This document shows, in pieces, positions 45,417 to 55,847 of a stretch of DNA of 64,000 bases (its first letter is position 1; every line of letters begins with the position of its first letter). The position numbers and the translations under genes were made by a program. Source of the DNA: Clostridia bacterium (GTDB lineage Bacteria; Bacillota; Clostridia; RGIG8785); NCBI GenBank assembly GCA_045655245.1, contig JAZOOX010000014.1, forward strand, positions 5,056 through 69,055, written 5' to 3'. Under the pieces are notes generated by a model. It made no database searches. It worked only from the letters and a program-made list of their open reading frames with translations, and was not told the origin of the DNA.

Positions 45417-46808
45417 ATGAAACTTTCCAGTCTGATTCCTTGCGCATTTGATACCGAAATCACCGATATTGCTGTGGACACCCGCTTGGTGCAAAAAGGT
45501 TCCCTTTTTGTCTGCATTACGGGGGTCAAGGTAGACGCGCATCAGTTTGCCGCTCGGGCGGAGGAACTGGGTGCCGTGGCAATCTTAGCAGAAAAAGACG
45601 TGGAAGTAAAAAACATCCCCGTGGTTCAGGTGGAAAACACCCGTGCCGCACTGCCCCGCATCATGTCCGCCTTTCTGGGACATCCCGAGTCAAAATTCCG
45701 ACTGATCGGAGTTACGGGTACCAACGGCAAGACCAGCAGTACCCATTTCCTAAAATCGATTTTAGAAGCCGAGGGTCGCACCGTCGGCTTAATCGGCACC
45801 AACCACAACTTGATCGGCAATACTGAACTGCCGTCTACCCATACCACTCCTGACAGTGTTTCCCTCTTTCGTCTGTTTGCCAAGATGGCAGAACTGGGCG
45901 CAACCGATGTGGTTATGGAGATTTCGTCCCACGCATTAGACCAACACCGTGCCGATGCTGCCTTTACTGCGGCGGGGATCACCAATCTGACCCAGGACCA
46001 CCTGGACTATCACGGCACTATGGAAGCCTATGCGGCGGCAAAGAAACGTCTTTTTACCATGACGGATGCGGCGGTTTACAATGCTGATGATCCTGCGGTC
46101 TGTGCTCTTTTGGGAGACTGCGCCGACGCTTTGACCTTTGGCATCCAAAGGGGAGATGTCCGTGCTGAAAACATTGTTAACAAGCCTACGGGCGTTTCTT
46201 TTACCGTGGATGGAAAACCGTATTCTCTTGCCATCCCCGGGAGATTTAGCGTATACAATGCCTTGATGGCGTTTGCCCTTGCCCGTACCCTGGGATGCAG
46301 TGATGAAACCATCCGGCGTGGGCTTGCGGCGGTAGAAGGGGTCAGTGGCCGTGCGGAAGTCGTTCCCGTCAACCTGCCTTTTACCGTAATGATTGACTAT
46401 GCACATACTCCTGACGGCATCGAGAAAATCTTAAATGCCGCACGGGAATTTACCGAAGGGGAGCTGTGGATTCTGTTCGGTTGCGGCGGTGACCGTGACA
46501 ACACCAAACGGCCCAAAATGGGTGCTGTGGCAGAAAAACTTGCCGACCGTTTGGTAGTCACCTCGGATAACCCCCGATCGGAGGACCCCGAAGCCATTAT
46601 TACTGACATTTTAGCAGGCATCACCGACCGAAGCCGTACGGTGGTATTCCCTGACCGTACCGAAGCCATCGCTTATGCTTTATCCCACGCCAAGGAGGGG
46701 GATGTGGTGGTTTTGGCAGGAAAAGGTCACGAGACCTATCAGGTCTTAAAAGAAGGAAAAATCCACTACGACGAACGGGAAGTTATCAGACAAATACTGG
46801 AGGGATAA
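45417..46808 (+). CDS. murE: UDP-N-acetylmuramoyl-tripeptide ligase
   Basis: Mur ligase P-loop GVTGTNGKTS; dcw position. Confidence 0.9.
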   Translation: MKLSSLIPCAFDTEITDIAVDTRLVQKGSLFVCITGVKVDAHQFAARAEELGAVAILAEKDVEVKNIPVVQVENTRAALPRIMSAFLGHPESKFRLIGVTGTNGKTSSTHFLKSILEAEGRTVGLIGTNHNLIGNTELPSTHTTPDSVSLFRLFAKMAELGATDVVMEISSHALDQHRADAAFTAAGITNLTQDHLDYHGTMEAYAAAKKRLFTMTDAAVYNADDPAVCALLGDCADALTFGIQRGDVRAENIVNKPTGVSFTVDGKPYSLAIPGRFSVYNALMAFALARTLGCSDETIRRGLAAVEGVSGRAEVVPVNLPFTVMIDYAHTPDGIEKILNAAREFTEGELWILFGCGGDRDNTKRPKMGAVAEKLADRLVVTSDNPRSEDPEAIITDILAGITDRSRTVVFPDRTEAIAYALSHAKEGDVVVLAGKGHETYQVLKEGKIHYDEREVIRQILEG

Positions 46809-46809
46809 T

Positions 46810-48156
46810 ATGAAATTGACCATCCGCCAACTTGCAGAAGCCATCTCCGCCCTTTCTGTTACAGGGGAGGAAACGGCAACTTTTGATGGTGTTACCACCG
46901 ATACCCGTGAGGATTGCGCGGGCAAACTCTTTGTTCCCTTGGTAGGTGACCGTTTTGATGGTCACGACTATATTAAAACCGCTTTTGAAAAAGGAGCAGT
47001 AGCCGCTCTTTCCGATCGTGAGGCGGAGGGTAGATGCATCCTGCGGGTGGAAAACACCCTAACCGCGTTACAGGCGTTATCCGCCTATGTTCGACAAATG
47101 TGCAAGATTCCCGTTGTGGGCATCACGGGCAGTGTCGGCAAAACCACCACCAAAGAAATGCTCACCCTGACGGTGGGTAGTCAATATTGCACTCATAAGA
47201 CCGAGAAAAACTTTAACAACCACATCGGCGTTCCGCTGACCCTTTTAAAACTGGAGGAAGAGCATCAGGCCGCCGTGGTGGAAATGGGGATGAACAACTC
47301 GGGTGAAATTTCTGTTTTGACCCGCCTCGCTCGTCCTGATGTTGCGGTTTTTACCAATATCGGGATGTCCCATATCGGAAACCTGGGCTCCCAAGAAAAC
47401 ATCTTAAAAGCCAAGCTGGAAATGTTAGAAGGTCTGCCCGATGACGGCATCGTGGTTTTGAACGCCGATGATCGTTTGCTTTGGAACGTACGGAATGACC
47501 TGCCCTTTCGGGTCATTTCCTATGGCATCCGCAACCCCGAAGCCGATTTGCGTGCCACCGACATCCGTACGGCAGAAGAATCGGTTACCTTTACGGTTAA
47601 CGGGGAAACCGTTTGCCTGCCGTCTCCCGGTGAACACTCGGTCTATAACGCTTTGGCTGCTATTGGCGGTGGTCTTGCCGTAGGGGCAGAACTACCCAAA
47701 ATGGTTCGCGCGTTAGAGACCTTTGGTGGTACCAAAATGCGGTTGAACATCCAGACGGTACGGGACTTCCGTGTTATCGAGGATTGCTATAATGCCAGTC
47801 CCGCTTCGGTTGCGGTGGCTTTGAAAGTCCTTACGGATTTGAAATGCGGCGGTAAGCGCATCGCCGTCTTAGGGAATATGAACGAGCTGGGTGACTATGC
47901 GGTTAGTGAGCATCAGCGCATCGGCCGTTTGGTTTTTGAATCGGGTGTGGATTTTCTGATTACCGTAGGTGATCTGGCGCGGGAAATCGCTCAGGGGGCG
48001 GCTTCCGCAGGCTTCCCTCAGACCCGACTCCGTTCTTTTGAAAATAACAATGCGGCAGGCGCGTTTTTGCGCACTGTTGTCGGTGGCGAGGATGTGGTCC
48101 TGGTCAAGGGCTCCCGTTCGACCCATTTGGAAGAAGTCATTGAAATACTGGAGTGA
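46810..48156 (+). CDS. murF: UDP-MurNAc-pentapeptide synthetase
   Basis: Mur ligase P-loop GITGSVGKTT. Confidence 0.9.
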   Translation: MKLTIRQLAEAISALSVTGEETATFDGVTTDTREDCAGKLFVPLVGDRFDGHDYIKTAFEKGAVAALSDREAEGRCILRVENTLTALQALSAYVRQMCKIPVVGITGSVGKTTTKEMLTLTVGSQYCTHKTEKNFNNHIGVPLTLLKLEEEHQAAVVEMGMNNSGEISVLTRLARPDVAVFTNIGMSHIGNLGSQENILKAKLEMLEGLPDDGIVVLNADDRLLWNVRNDLPFRVISYGIRNPEADLRATDIRTAEESVTFTVNGETVCLPSPGEHSVYNALAAIGGGLAVGAELPKMVRALETFGGTKMRLNIQTVRDFRVIEDCYNASPASVAVALKVLTDLKCGGKRIAVLGNMNELGDYAVSEHQRIGRLVFESGVDFLITVGDLAREIAQGAASAGFPQTRLRSFENNNAAGAFLRTVVGGEDVVLVKGSRSTHLEEVIEILE

Positions 48157-48161
48157 GTACC

Positions 48162-49106
48162 ATGAAAATCTTGTTTGCAGGGATCTTGTCCTTTATCCTG
48201 ACCGTGTTACTGGGTCAGGCGATTTTGCCCTTGCTTCGCCGTTGGAAGTTTGGTCAATCCATCCGTGAAGAAGGACCTAAAAGCCATCAGAAAAAAGCAG
48301 GCACCCCTACGGTCGGCGGACTCTTTTTCATCCCCGCCGTTTTGGTGACCGCTTTGTTGCTCTTCCCCGATTCCAGGACGCTGGCGGTCTGTGTGGTCTC
48401 TTTGCTCTTTGGGCTGATTGGTCTGGCGGATGATGCCTTAATCATTGCCCGGGGGAAAAATCAGGGATTGACTGCAAAACAAAAACTGTTCTTGCAGATT
48501 TTAGCTTCGGCAGTGCTGGTAGTTTGGGCGCTGTATGGTTTGGGGATTGATACGGTAATTCGGATGCCCTTTGGCTTTTCTTTTACCATGCCCCTTTGGC
48601 TTTTTATCCCCTTGGTCTTGTTTATGACGGTGGGGATGACCAACGCCTCCAATCTGACTGATGGCATTGACGGTCTGGCATCGTCGGTAGTGCTGGTCGT
48701 TGCGATTTTTATGGGTGTGCTCTGTTTCCGACTCGGTATCGGGGAGGGGGCAGGCTTTGCTGCAGCGGTCGCAGGTGGTTGCGCAGGGTTTTTGGTGTAC
48801 AATGCGCATCCCGCAAAAGTCTTTATGGGCGATACCGGATCCATCTTTTTGGGTGGCGCGCTGACCGCCCTTTCGGTGGTTTACGGCTTGGAGGTTTTTT
48901 GGCTGATTGCCGCCGCCATTATGCTTTTTGAAACCTTATCGGTGATGATTCAGGTCGCTTCTTTCCAACTGACGGGGAAACGGGTCTTTAAAATGAGTCC
49001 CTTCCACCACCATTTGGAACTCTGCGGTTGGAGCGAATGGAAGATCGTCGGGTTCTTTGCCGCAGTGACTCTGGTACTCTGTGCACTGCTATTACTGATC
49101 ATTTAA
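48162..49106 (+). CDS. mraY: phospho-MurNAc-pentapeptide translocase
   Basis: MraY motifs (..NLTDGIDGLA..; ..GDTGS..); ATG 48162 after RBS GGAGTG. Confidence 0.95.
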   Translation: MKILFAGILSFILTVLLGQAILPLLRRWKFGQSIREEGPKSHQKKAGTPTVGGLFFIPAVLVTALLLFPDSRTLAVCVVSLLFGLIGLADDALIIARGKNQGLTAKQKLFLQILASAVLVVWALYGLGIDTVIRMPFGFSFTMPLWLFIPLVLFMTVGMTNASNLTDGIDGLASSVVLVVAIFMGVLCFRLGIGEGAGFAAAVAGGCAGFLVYNAHPAKVFMGDTGSIFLGGALTALSVVYGLEVFWLIAAAIMLFETLSVMIQVASFQLTGKRVFKMSPFHHHLELCGWSEWKIVGFFAAVTLVLCALLLLII

Positions 49107-49116
49107 GGAGGATACC

Positions 49117-50253
49117 ATGCCGAAACGCTCAGCACTCGGAAAAAAACTAAAGAAACAAGGCGCCTTTGACTTCACCTTCTTTTTGCTGTTAATGGCCCTG
49201 CTGGCGTTTGGGCTGATCATGCTCTTTTCCGCCAGTGCTCCTACCGCGGCGCAGGCGCCCTTTAACAACCCCTTCCACTTTGTATTCCGTCAGGGGGCGT
49301 GGGCACTGATTGGTCTGGGCGGGATGTTTGCCTGCTCGTATATTGATTATCGGTTTTGGAAACGGTTTGCGCGTTTGTTTGTGCTCTTGTCTATTGTGTT
49401 GTTGGTGCTGGTCTTGTTAGTGGGCACCGAAATCAACGGCGCCAAGCGCTGGTTGGGCGTTGGTGCCGCCAGTTTCCAGCCTTCCGAGCTGGTTAAGATT
49501 ATGGTGATTTTAGCTCTTGCCGCCTTCCTTTCCCGCGGGGGAGATAAGATTAAAAAATTCTGGAAAGGGCTTTTTCCCTATCTTGCGTTGTTGGGTGTGA
49601 TTGCCATACTGTTGTTGGGGCAACCCCACCTAAGTTGTACCGTTGTTATTTTGGGTACCGCCTGCATTATGTTTTTATTGGCAGGGGCGCGGATTCGCCA
49701 CTACGGGATTTTGGCGGCGATCGTTGCACCCATCGGCTACTGGCTGATTACCAGCGATGCAGAGCGCATGGAGCGTGTTCTTAGTTTCGTGGACCCCTGG
49801 AAGTACAAGCAGGAGGGTGGCTGGCAGGTCATCCAGTCGTTGTATGCTATTGGCTCGGGGGGGCTGTTCGGACTGGGGTTTACCCAAAGCCGCCAGAAGT
49901 TCCTGTACATTCCCGAACCTTATAACGACTTTATCTTTGCCATCGTTTGCGAAGAATTGGGGTTTATCGGCGCCGCGCTGTTTGTTGCCCTTTTTGCTCT
50001 TTTGATTATTCGCGGCGTTAAAATTGCCGTGAATGCCCCCGATACTTTTGGAACTCTTGCGGTAGCGGGTTTGACTACCCTGATTGCCGTTCAGTTTTTC
50101 CTGAACATTGCCGTTGTTACCTCCAGCGTTCCCGTTACGGGGATGCCGTTGCCCTTCTTTAGTTACGGTGGCTCGGCGTTGTGCTTTTTACTCTGGTCGA
50201 TGGGCATTATTTTAAATGTCAGCCGTCAGTCTAAGGAGGTGCCCAAACAATGA
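49117..50253 (+). CDS. ftsW: FtsW/SpoVE/RodA-family peptidoglycan glycosyltransferase
   Basis: SEDS-family 10-TM protein in dcw position. Confidence 0.85.
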   Translation: MPKRSALGKKLKKQGAFDFTFFLLLMALLAFGLIMLFSASAPTAAQAPFNNPFHFVFRQGAWALIGLGGMFACSYIDYRFWKRFARLFVLLSIVLLVLVLLVGTEINGAKRWLGVGAASFQPSELVKIMVILALAAFLSRGGDKIKKFWKGLFPYLALLGVIAILLLGQPHLSCTVVILGTACIMFLLAGARIRHYGILAAIVAPIGYWLITSDAERMERVLSFVDPWKYKQEGGWQVIQSLYAIGSGGLFGLGFTQSRQKFLYIPEPYNDFIFAIVCEELGFIGAALFVALFALLIIRGVKIAVNAPDTFGTLAVAGLTTLIAVQFFLNIAVVTSSVPVTGMPLPFFSYGGSALCFLLWSMGIILNVSRQSKEVPKQ

Positions 50254-51326
50254 GAGTGATTTTTGCAGGAGGCGGTACTGCGGGGCATATCAATCCCGCA
50301 ATTTCCGCAGCCCAGGAACTTTGCCGTCGCGACCCCCAAACAAAGGTGCTTTTCATCGGTGTGCGGGGGCATATGGAAGAAACCCTTTGCCAAAAAGCGG
50401 GGTTTGATATTTCGTTTATCCGTGTGGCGGGGTTTGACCGCCGCCATCTTTTGAAGAATGTAAAGATTGCAGGGGAGGCGCTAGCCGCCGTCCGTGACGC
50501 TAAAAAAATCATCCGTGCATTTGCCCCCGATGTGGTGGTGGGTACGGGCGGGTATGTCAGCGGTCCTGTGGTTTTTGCCGCCTCCCGTTTGAAAATTCCT
50601 ACTGTCATTCAGGAACAAAATGTTTTGGCGGGAGTTACTACTAAACTTCTTTGCCGTGTGGCGACTGCCGTGGGTACCGCCTTTGAAGAATGTAAACTTC
50701 CCAACTGTAAAAAACGGGTCTGTGTCGGGAACCCCTTACGCGCCGAACTCTTTGGTCTGTCGAAATTGGAAGCCCGTCAGCGCCTGGGTATCCCCCAAAA
50801 CGTTCCCTTTGTGGTCGGTGTGGGCGGGAGCTTAGGCGCCCGTGCCATTACCGAGAATATGATTGCCCTGATGCACCACGCCCCCGAAAAGGTGCAGGTG
50901 TGGTTGTCGACGGGGAAGGGGGCTTATGAAAAGTATTATCCCAAGGCGCCTACCACCCCCAATTGCAAGGTGCTCCCTTATATCTATAATGCAGGGGAGG
51001 TCTATGCCGCCGCCGATTTACTGGTCTGCCGTGCAGGTGCCATTACCCTGTCCGAAATGAACGCTATGGGCAAACCGGCTGTTTTGATCCCGTCCCCCTA
51101 TGTGGCGGAAAACCATCAGGAACATAACGCAAGGATGCAGCAGGAAAAAGGTGCTGCCGTGATGATTACTGAAGGGGAATTAAACGAACAGGTTTTTATG
51201 GATACCGTATTTGGTTTGTTAAACGACCCTGCCCGGCTGGCGCAGATGTCAGAAGCTTCGCTCAAACTGGCGGTTGCCGATTCGTCGGCACGGTTTGCCG
51301 ATTTGATTTTGGAGTGTGCAAAATGA
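50250..51326 (+). CDS. murG: undecaprenyl-PP-MurNAc-pentapeptide-UDP-GlcNAc transferase
   Basis: GGTAGH N-terminal motif; GT28. Confidence 0.9.
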   Translation: MRVIFAGGGTAGHINPAISAAQELCRRDPQTKVLFIGVRGHMEETLCQKAGFDISFIRVAGFDRRHLLKNVKIAGEALAAVRDAKKIIRAFAPDVVVGTGGYVSGPVVFAASRLKIPTVIQEQNVLAGVTTKLLCRVATAVGTAFEECKLPNCKKRVCVGNPLRAELFGLSKLEARQRLGIPQNVPFVVGVGGSLGARAITENMIALMHHAPEKVQVWLSTGKGAYEKYYPKAPTTPNCKVLPYIYNAGEVYAAADLLVCRAGAITLSEMNAMGKPAVLIPSPYVAENHQEHNARMQQEKGAAVMITEGELNEQVFMDTVFGLLNDPARLAQMSEASLKLAVADSSARFADLILECAK

Positions 51327-51772
51327 CAGTTGCATTTACGGGACATCGACAATTAAAACACGCCACCTTTTGGGTCTATCTTAAATTGCTGCGCACCGTC
51401 AAAAAACTCATTGACGAGGGAGCGGATACCTTCCTGTGCGGCGGCGCGTTGGGCTTTGACACGTTGGCTGCCCGTGCTGTGCTCCATTATCGGAAACGTT
51501 GTCCCGTCAAACTTTGTATGGTGATTCCCTGCCAAAGGCAGGACCGCTACTACACCCCTGAACAAAAGGCGGAGTATGCGCAGATTCTGGCTGCAGCAGA
51601 CGAGGTTAAGGTCTTGTCCGAAACCTATTACCGCGGTTGTATGCATGCCCGCAACCGCTTTATGGTCGAACAATGCACCCTGCTGGTCTCCTACTGTTAC
51701 GACAGTACGGGCGGCACGGCGTACACCACCGACCTTGCACTGAAAAAGCAAAAACCCGTCATCTCCTTGTAA
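51323..51772 (+). CDS. YpsA/DUF1273 (SLOG superfamily) protein
   Basis: ..VAFTGHRQL..; ..[14 protein letters not shown]..; occupies the slot where ftsQ/ftsA/ftsZ usually follow murG. Confidence 0.7.
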   Translation: MTVAFTGHRQLKHATFWVYLKLLRTVKKLIDEGADTFLCGGALGFDTLAARAVLHYRKRCPVKLCMVIPCQRQDRYYTPEQKAEYAQILAAADEVKVLSETYYRGCMHARNRFMVEQCTLLVSYCYDSTGGTAYTTDLALKKQKPVISL

Positions 51773-51844
51773 AATGACGGGTTTTTCTCTTGTGTTTGGG
51801 AAAAACTTGTGATATAATACACAGGTTGAAAGGAAGTATGAACT

Positions 51845-53668
51845 ATGATTGCAAAAGAACAGATTCGGAATATTGCCATTATTGCCCACGTTGACCACGG
51901 AAAAACTACTCTGGTGGATGCCATGCTCCGCCAAAGCGGTACCTTTCGTGACAACGAAAAGGTGGAAGAACGGGTGATGGACTCCAACGACTTAGAGCGG
52001 GAGCGCGGCATTACCATTCTGGCTAAAAATACCTCGTTGATGTACGGCGATATCAAAATCAACATCATTGACACTCCCGGTCACGCTGACTTTGGCGGCG
52101 AGGTGGAGCGGGGGCTTAAAATGGCTGACGGCGTACTGTTGTTGGTCGATGCTTTTGAGGGGTGTATGCCCCAGACCCGTTTTGTCTTGCAAAAAGCATT
52201 GGCTTTGGACTTAAAGCCCATTGTGGTGGTCAACAAGGTCGACCGTCCCAACGCTCGTCCTTACGATGTGGCGGACGAAGTGCTGGAACTCTTTTTGGAT
52301 TTGGATGCCACCGAGGAGCAGATCAACTCCCCCGTGGTCTATTGTTCGGGCCGTGACGGCTGGGCGACTCTGGACCCCGGCACGCCCGGCACCGACCTGA
52401 AGGTGTTGCTTGAAATGATTACCCGGGAGATCCCTTCCCCCAAAGGCGAGGCGGAGGGTCCTTTCAGAATGTTGGTCTCCAACATCGACTATGATGGCTA
52501 CACAGGCCGCATCGCCGTGGGGAAGATCGACCGCGGATCGATCTCGGTCAACGAGACGGTAACCGTTGCTGTTACTGACGGCAAAGAGTACTCTGCTCGT
52601 GTGTCCAAGCTCTTTCAGTTTGAGGAGCTGGAGCGCAAGGCGGTTGAACGTGCAGGGGTTGGCGATGTGGTCGCCATCTCGGGCTTAGGCGATATCAATA
52701 TCGGAGACACCGTATGCAACCCTGCGGCGGTAGAAGCCCTGCCTTTTGTCCAGATCGACGAGCCTGTTTTGTCTATGAATTTCAGCGTTAACGACAGTCC
52801 TTTTGCAGGGCGGGAAGGGGAGTATGTTACATCCCGTCATTTGCGGGACCGTCTTTTCCGTGAATTGGACTCCAACATTAGTTTAAAGGTGGAAGAGACC
52901 GATTCTCCCGACGCCTTTATCGTATCGGGACGGGGGGAGCTTCATCTGTCGGTGTTAATTGAAAATATGCGTCGTCAGGGTTATGAGTTCCAGGTCTCCC
53001 GTCCGAAAGTTATTTTAAAAGAAATCGACGGTGTGGTTTGCGAACCGACCGAGTTGGCAACCATTGACGTGCCCGACGAATTCGTAGGTACCGTTATCGA
53101 GAGTATGGGCGAGCGTCAGGGGGAAATGCAGGACATGAGCCCCGCTTCCCAAGGGTATACCCGCCTGCTCTTTAAGGTTCCTGCCCGCGGGCTGATCGGT
53201 TACCGCAGTGACCTGTTGACCAAGACCAAAGGAACGGGTATTATCAACCATATTTTTGACGGGTACGAGCCTGTCCGCGGCGAATCTATCCGCCGCTCCC
53301 GTGGTGCATTGGTGGCTTACGAGGCAGGGGAGGCAATGGCTTACGGACTCTTTAATGCACAGGATCGCGGCGACCTGTTTATCGGCGCAGGGGTCAGCGT
53401 TTATGAAGGGATGATTGTGGGAGAAAACGCCCGTGCCGAGGACGTTTCGGTGAACGTCTGCAAGAAAAAGCACGTCACCAATATGCGTGCTGCCGGCTCG
53501 GACGAGGCACTTCGTCTGTCACCACCCCGCATTTTGAGCTTGGAACAGTGCATCGAGTTTATTGGCGAGGACGAGTTACTGGAAGTAACTCCTGCCTCTC
53601 TGCGGTTAAGAAAGCGCATCTTAAACGCCGAGCTTCGTGCCAAGGCAATGAACCGTGCAAAAAAATAA
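51845..53668 (+). CDS. typA: translational GTPase TypA/BipA
   Basis: ..[19 protein letters not shown].. G1 motif, EF-G-like domains, 607 aa. Confidence 0.95.
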   Translation: MIAKEQIRNIAIIAHVDHGKTTLVDAMLRQSGTFRDNEKVEERVMDSNDLERERGITILAKNTSLMYGDIKINIIDTPGHADFGGEVERGLKMADGVLLLVDAFEGCMPQTRFVLQKALALDLKPIVVVNKVDRPNARPYDVADEVLELFLDLDATEEQINSPVVYCSGRDGWATLDPGTPGTDLKVLLEMITREIPSPKGEAEGPFRMLVSNIDYDGYTGRIAVGKIDRGSISVNETVTVAVTDGKEYSARVSKLFQFEELERKAVERAGVGDVVAISGLGDINIGDTVCNPAAVEALPFVQIDEPVLSMNFSVNDSPFAGREGEYVTSRHLRDRLFRELDSNISLKVEETDSPDAFIVSGRGELHLSVLIENMRRQGYEFQVSRPKVILKEIDGVVCEPTELATIDVPDEFVGTVIESMGERQGEMQDMSPASQGYTRLLFKVPARGLIGYRSDLLTKTKGTGIINHIFDGYEPVRGESIRRSRGALVAYEAGEAMAYGLFNAQDRGDLFIGAGVSVYEGMIVGENARAEDVSVNVCKKKHVTNMRAAGSDEALRLSPPRILSLEQCIEFIGEDELLEVTPASLRLRKRILNAELRAKAMNRAKK

Positions 53669-53675
53669 GAATGGA

Positions 53676-53706
53676 AGGAAACCCCGAAAGAGGTTTCCTT
53701 TTTCTT
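53676..53706 (+). terminator. rho-independent terminator after typA
   Basis: GGAAACCCCGAAAGAGGTTTCC followed by T-rich tract. Confidence 0.85.
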
Positions 53707-53766
53707 TTAAAACTGTTGACATTACAGGGCATTTTCGTTACAATGAAGGAGAATGAAAGAGGAGTG

Positions 53767-55548
53767 ATGAAGATGCTGACGATTCAAGGAAAACAATTCT
53801 TATTAGACGGCGAGCCTATCCATATCTATTCGGGTGTTGTTCACTATTTCCGTCATCCGCGGGAGTACTGGCGGGACCGTCTGTTAAAACTGAAAGCAGC
53901 AGGGTTTAACTGTGTTGAGACCTATACCTGCTGGAGTATGCACGAGCCGAAAAAAGGAGAGTTCCATTTTGACGGCGATTTGGACATCGGAGCCTTTTTG
54001 GATTTGGTGCAGGAACTGGGGTTGTGGGCGATTGTCCGCCCCGGTCCGTACATCTGTGCCGAAATCGATATGGGCGGTCTGCCCTCCTGGTTGCTTCAGG
54101 ACCATGAAATGCAGCTCCGTTGCATGTATCAACCTTATCTGGATGCGGTTACCGATTATTATCGCGAACTGTTTAAGTACTTAAAGCCCCGTCAGGACAC
54201 CTATGGCGGTCCCATTATCGCCATGCAGGTGGAAAACGAGTACGGTTCTTATGGAAACGACAAGGTTTATCTTGCCTGGATTCGGGATCTGATGTTGGAT
54301 TGCGGAATGACCGTTCTGCCCTTTACCTCCGACGGTCCTTATGATGTTTGTCTGTCGGGCGGTGCTGTTGACGGCATCTATGCTTGTGGTAACTTCGGCG
54401 GTCACGCCGATATGGCTTATGAGAGTATGGAAGAATTCCGACCCGATCAACCCTTTATGTGTATGGAGTTTTGGGGCGGCTGGTACCATCATATGCTCTA
54501 TCCCCATGAAAAGCGTCCCCCTGCAGAAGTAGTGGATGAACTGTCCCGCATTATTGCCCACAACGGCAATTTTAATTACTGGGTCTTTGCAGGCGGCACC
54601 ACCTTTGGTTTCTATGCAGGGGCTACCACCACCGACGGACGGATTTACGACGCCATCTGCACCACTTATGACGATGATGCGCTGTTGACCGAGTGGGGGG
54701 AATACACCGAAAAGTTCCACGCCGTACGGAAACTGCTCCACGACGCGCAGGGGAAGGAATTGGGCGAACTGCCCCCGTCTCCCCGTGTCACCGACTACGG
54801 CCGTATTCCGGTTACCAAAAAGGGCGGGGTACTGACCTCTCCCAAGGCGGTTAAGGGTACCTTTAAATCCCCTTGGCCGTTGACTTTTGAGGACTGTGGC
54901 CAGGACTACGGTCTGATGAACTACCGCACGGTTTTGACCGGCAACTACAGCCCCATCAAGGCTTGGAACTCGATTCCCAGTCTGGTGGCAAACGGCATCA
55001 ACGACCGTGCTCATATCTTTGTGAACGGCAAGTATCTGGTTACTTTCTACCGCAACGACGAACTGACCCACAGCGTTGAACTTCCCGAAGGATTGAAGAA
55101 CGGGGATGTCATCGACGTTTTGGTGGAGGCGATGGGTCGTATCAACTACGGTCCCAACATGCGTGACCGCAAGGGTTTGGTCGGTCAGGTGATGATCGGT
55201 CAGCAGATTTTGCACCATTGGGAAATGACGTCTATTCCCCTGGACAACGTAGCGGACCTGGAATACAACGGGTTACCCGAGTACGGTCCCACCGTACTGT
55301 CGGCAACCTTGACCACCGATGACCCCACCGACACCTTTATCGATGTTACCAACTTGAAAAAGGGCGTGGTCTTTGTCAATGGGCATAACATCGGTCGATA
55401 CTGGAGCATTTCTACCCAGCAGACCTTATACATTCCCGGTTGCTGGTTGAAGAAGGGCGACAACGAGATTGTTGCCGTAGACTTCGATGGTGCCGATGCG
55501 GATGAACTGATTTTAACTGCCGAACACCGTCTTGAATGTTTGAAATAA
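53767..55548 (+). CDS. glycoside hydrolase family 35 beta-galactosidase
   Basis: GH35 catalytic region (..NCVETYTCWSMHEP..; ..GPIIAMQVENEYGSY..); RBS AAGAGGAG before ATG 53767; the listed ORF (53548) starts inside typA. Confidence 0.85.
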   Translation: MKMLTIQGKQFLLDGEPIHIYSGVVHYFRHPREYWRDRLLKLKAAGFNCVETYTCWSMHEPKKGEFHFDGDLDIGAFLDLVQELGLWAIVRPGPYICAEIDMGGLPSWLLQDHEMQLRCMYQPYLDAVTDYYRELFKYLKPRQDTYGGPIIAMQVENEYGSYGNDKVYLAWIRDLMLDCGMTVLPFTSDGPYDVCLSGGAVDGIYACGNFGGHADMAYESMEEFRPDQPFMCMEFWGGWYHHMLYPHEKRPPAEVVDELSRIIAHNGNFNYWVFAGGTTFGFYAGATTTDGRIYDAICTTYDDDALLTEWGEYTEKFHAVRKLLHDAQGKELGELPPSPRVTDYGRIPVTKKGGVLTSPKAVKGTFKSPWPLTFEDCGQDYGLMNYRTVLTGNYSPIKAWNSIPSLVANGINDRAHIFVNGKYLVTFYRNDELTHSVELPEGLKNGDVIDVLVEAMGRINYGPNMRDRKGLVGQVMIGQQILHHWEMTSIPLDNVADLEYNGLPEYGPTVLSATLTTDDPTDTFIDVTNLKKGVVFVNGHNIGRYWSISTQQTLYIPGCWLKKGDNEIVAVDFDGADADELILTAEHRLECLK

Positions 55549-55562
55549 GAAAGTAGTTCCGA

Positions 55563-55592
55563 AAAGGACTTGGAGAAATCCAAGTCCTTTTT
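55563..55592. repeat. hairpin repeat copy B
   Basis: AAAAGGACTTGGAGAAATCCAAGTCCTTTTTT at the host/phage-module junction. Confidence 0.85.
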
Positions 55593-55602
55593 TATTTTTC
55601 CA

Positions 55603-55637
55603 AAAAGATGACCAATAATGACCAAAAGAAGTGTGGT
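55603..55637 (+). promoter_or_regulatory. conserved box, copy 2 (promoter-like; -10 TATAAT at 55632-55637)
   Basis: GATGACCAATAATGACCAAAAGAAGTGTGGTAGTATAAT; near-identical to 36003-36040. Confidence 0.5.
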
Positions 55638-55664
55638 AGTATAATTTCGAAAGGAGGAATACGG

Positions 55665-55847
55665 ATGGCAAAACGAAAACAGGCAAGTAGTGCCGTTGCC
55701 TTTTGGGAGCGATTGTTAAACGACCCGGAGGCAGATATCAAGGACCGCTTAAAGGCGTCGGAGTTCCTGGCAAAAGCCCACAAGACTTTTGCCGAAGAGC
55801 CGCTGACCGACCGTGAGCTGAACGTGACGATCCGTGTGGTTGAATAA
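55665..55847 (+). CDS. phage terminase small-subunit-like protein
   Basis: 60 aa; RBS AAGGAGG before ATG 55665; TAATG overlap with the large-terminase start; position and size fit a small terminase, sequence alone is weak. Confidence 0.4.
   Translation: MAKRKQASSAVAFWERLLNDPEADIKDRLKASEFLAKAHKTFAEEPLTDRELNVTIRVVE

Noticed and set aside
54181-55218. 345-aa minus-strand ORF inside the GH35 beta-galactosidase gene
   Set aside because: Antisense to a gene with a clear family signature; low-complexity Val/Gly-rich translation.
35967-55592. The idea that the repeated hairpin/box copies at 35967 and 55563 delimit a single 19.6-kb mobile element
   Set aside because: The interval contains rsmE, rpsB, tsf, the entire dcw cluster and typA, which are essential core genes in conserved order. 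The repeats are better read as a dispersed terminator/promoter module.
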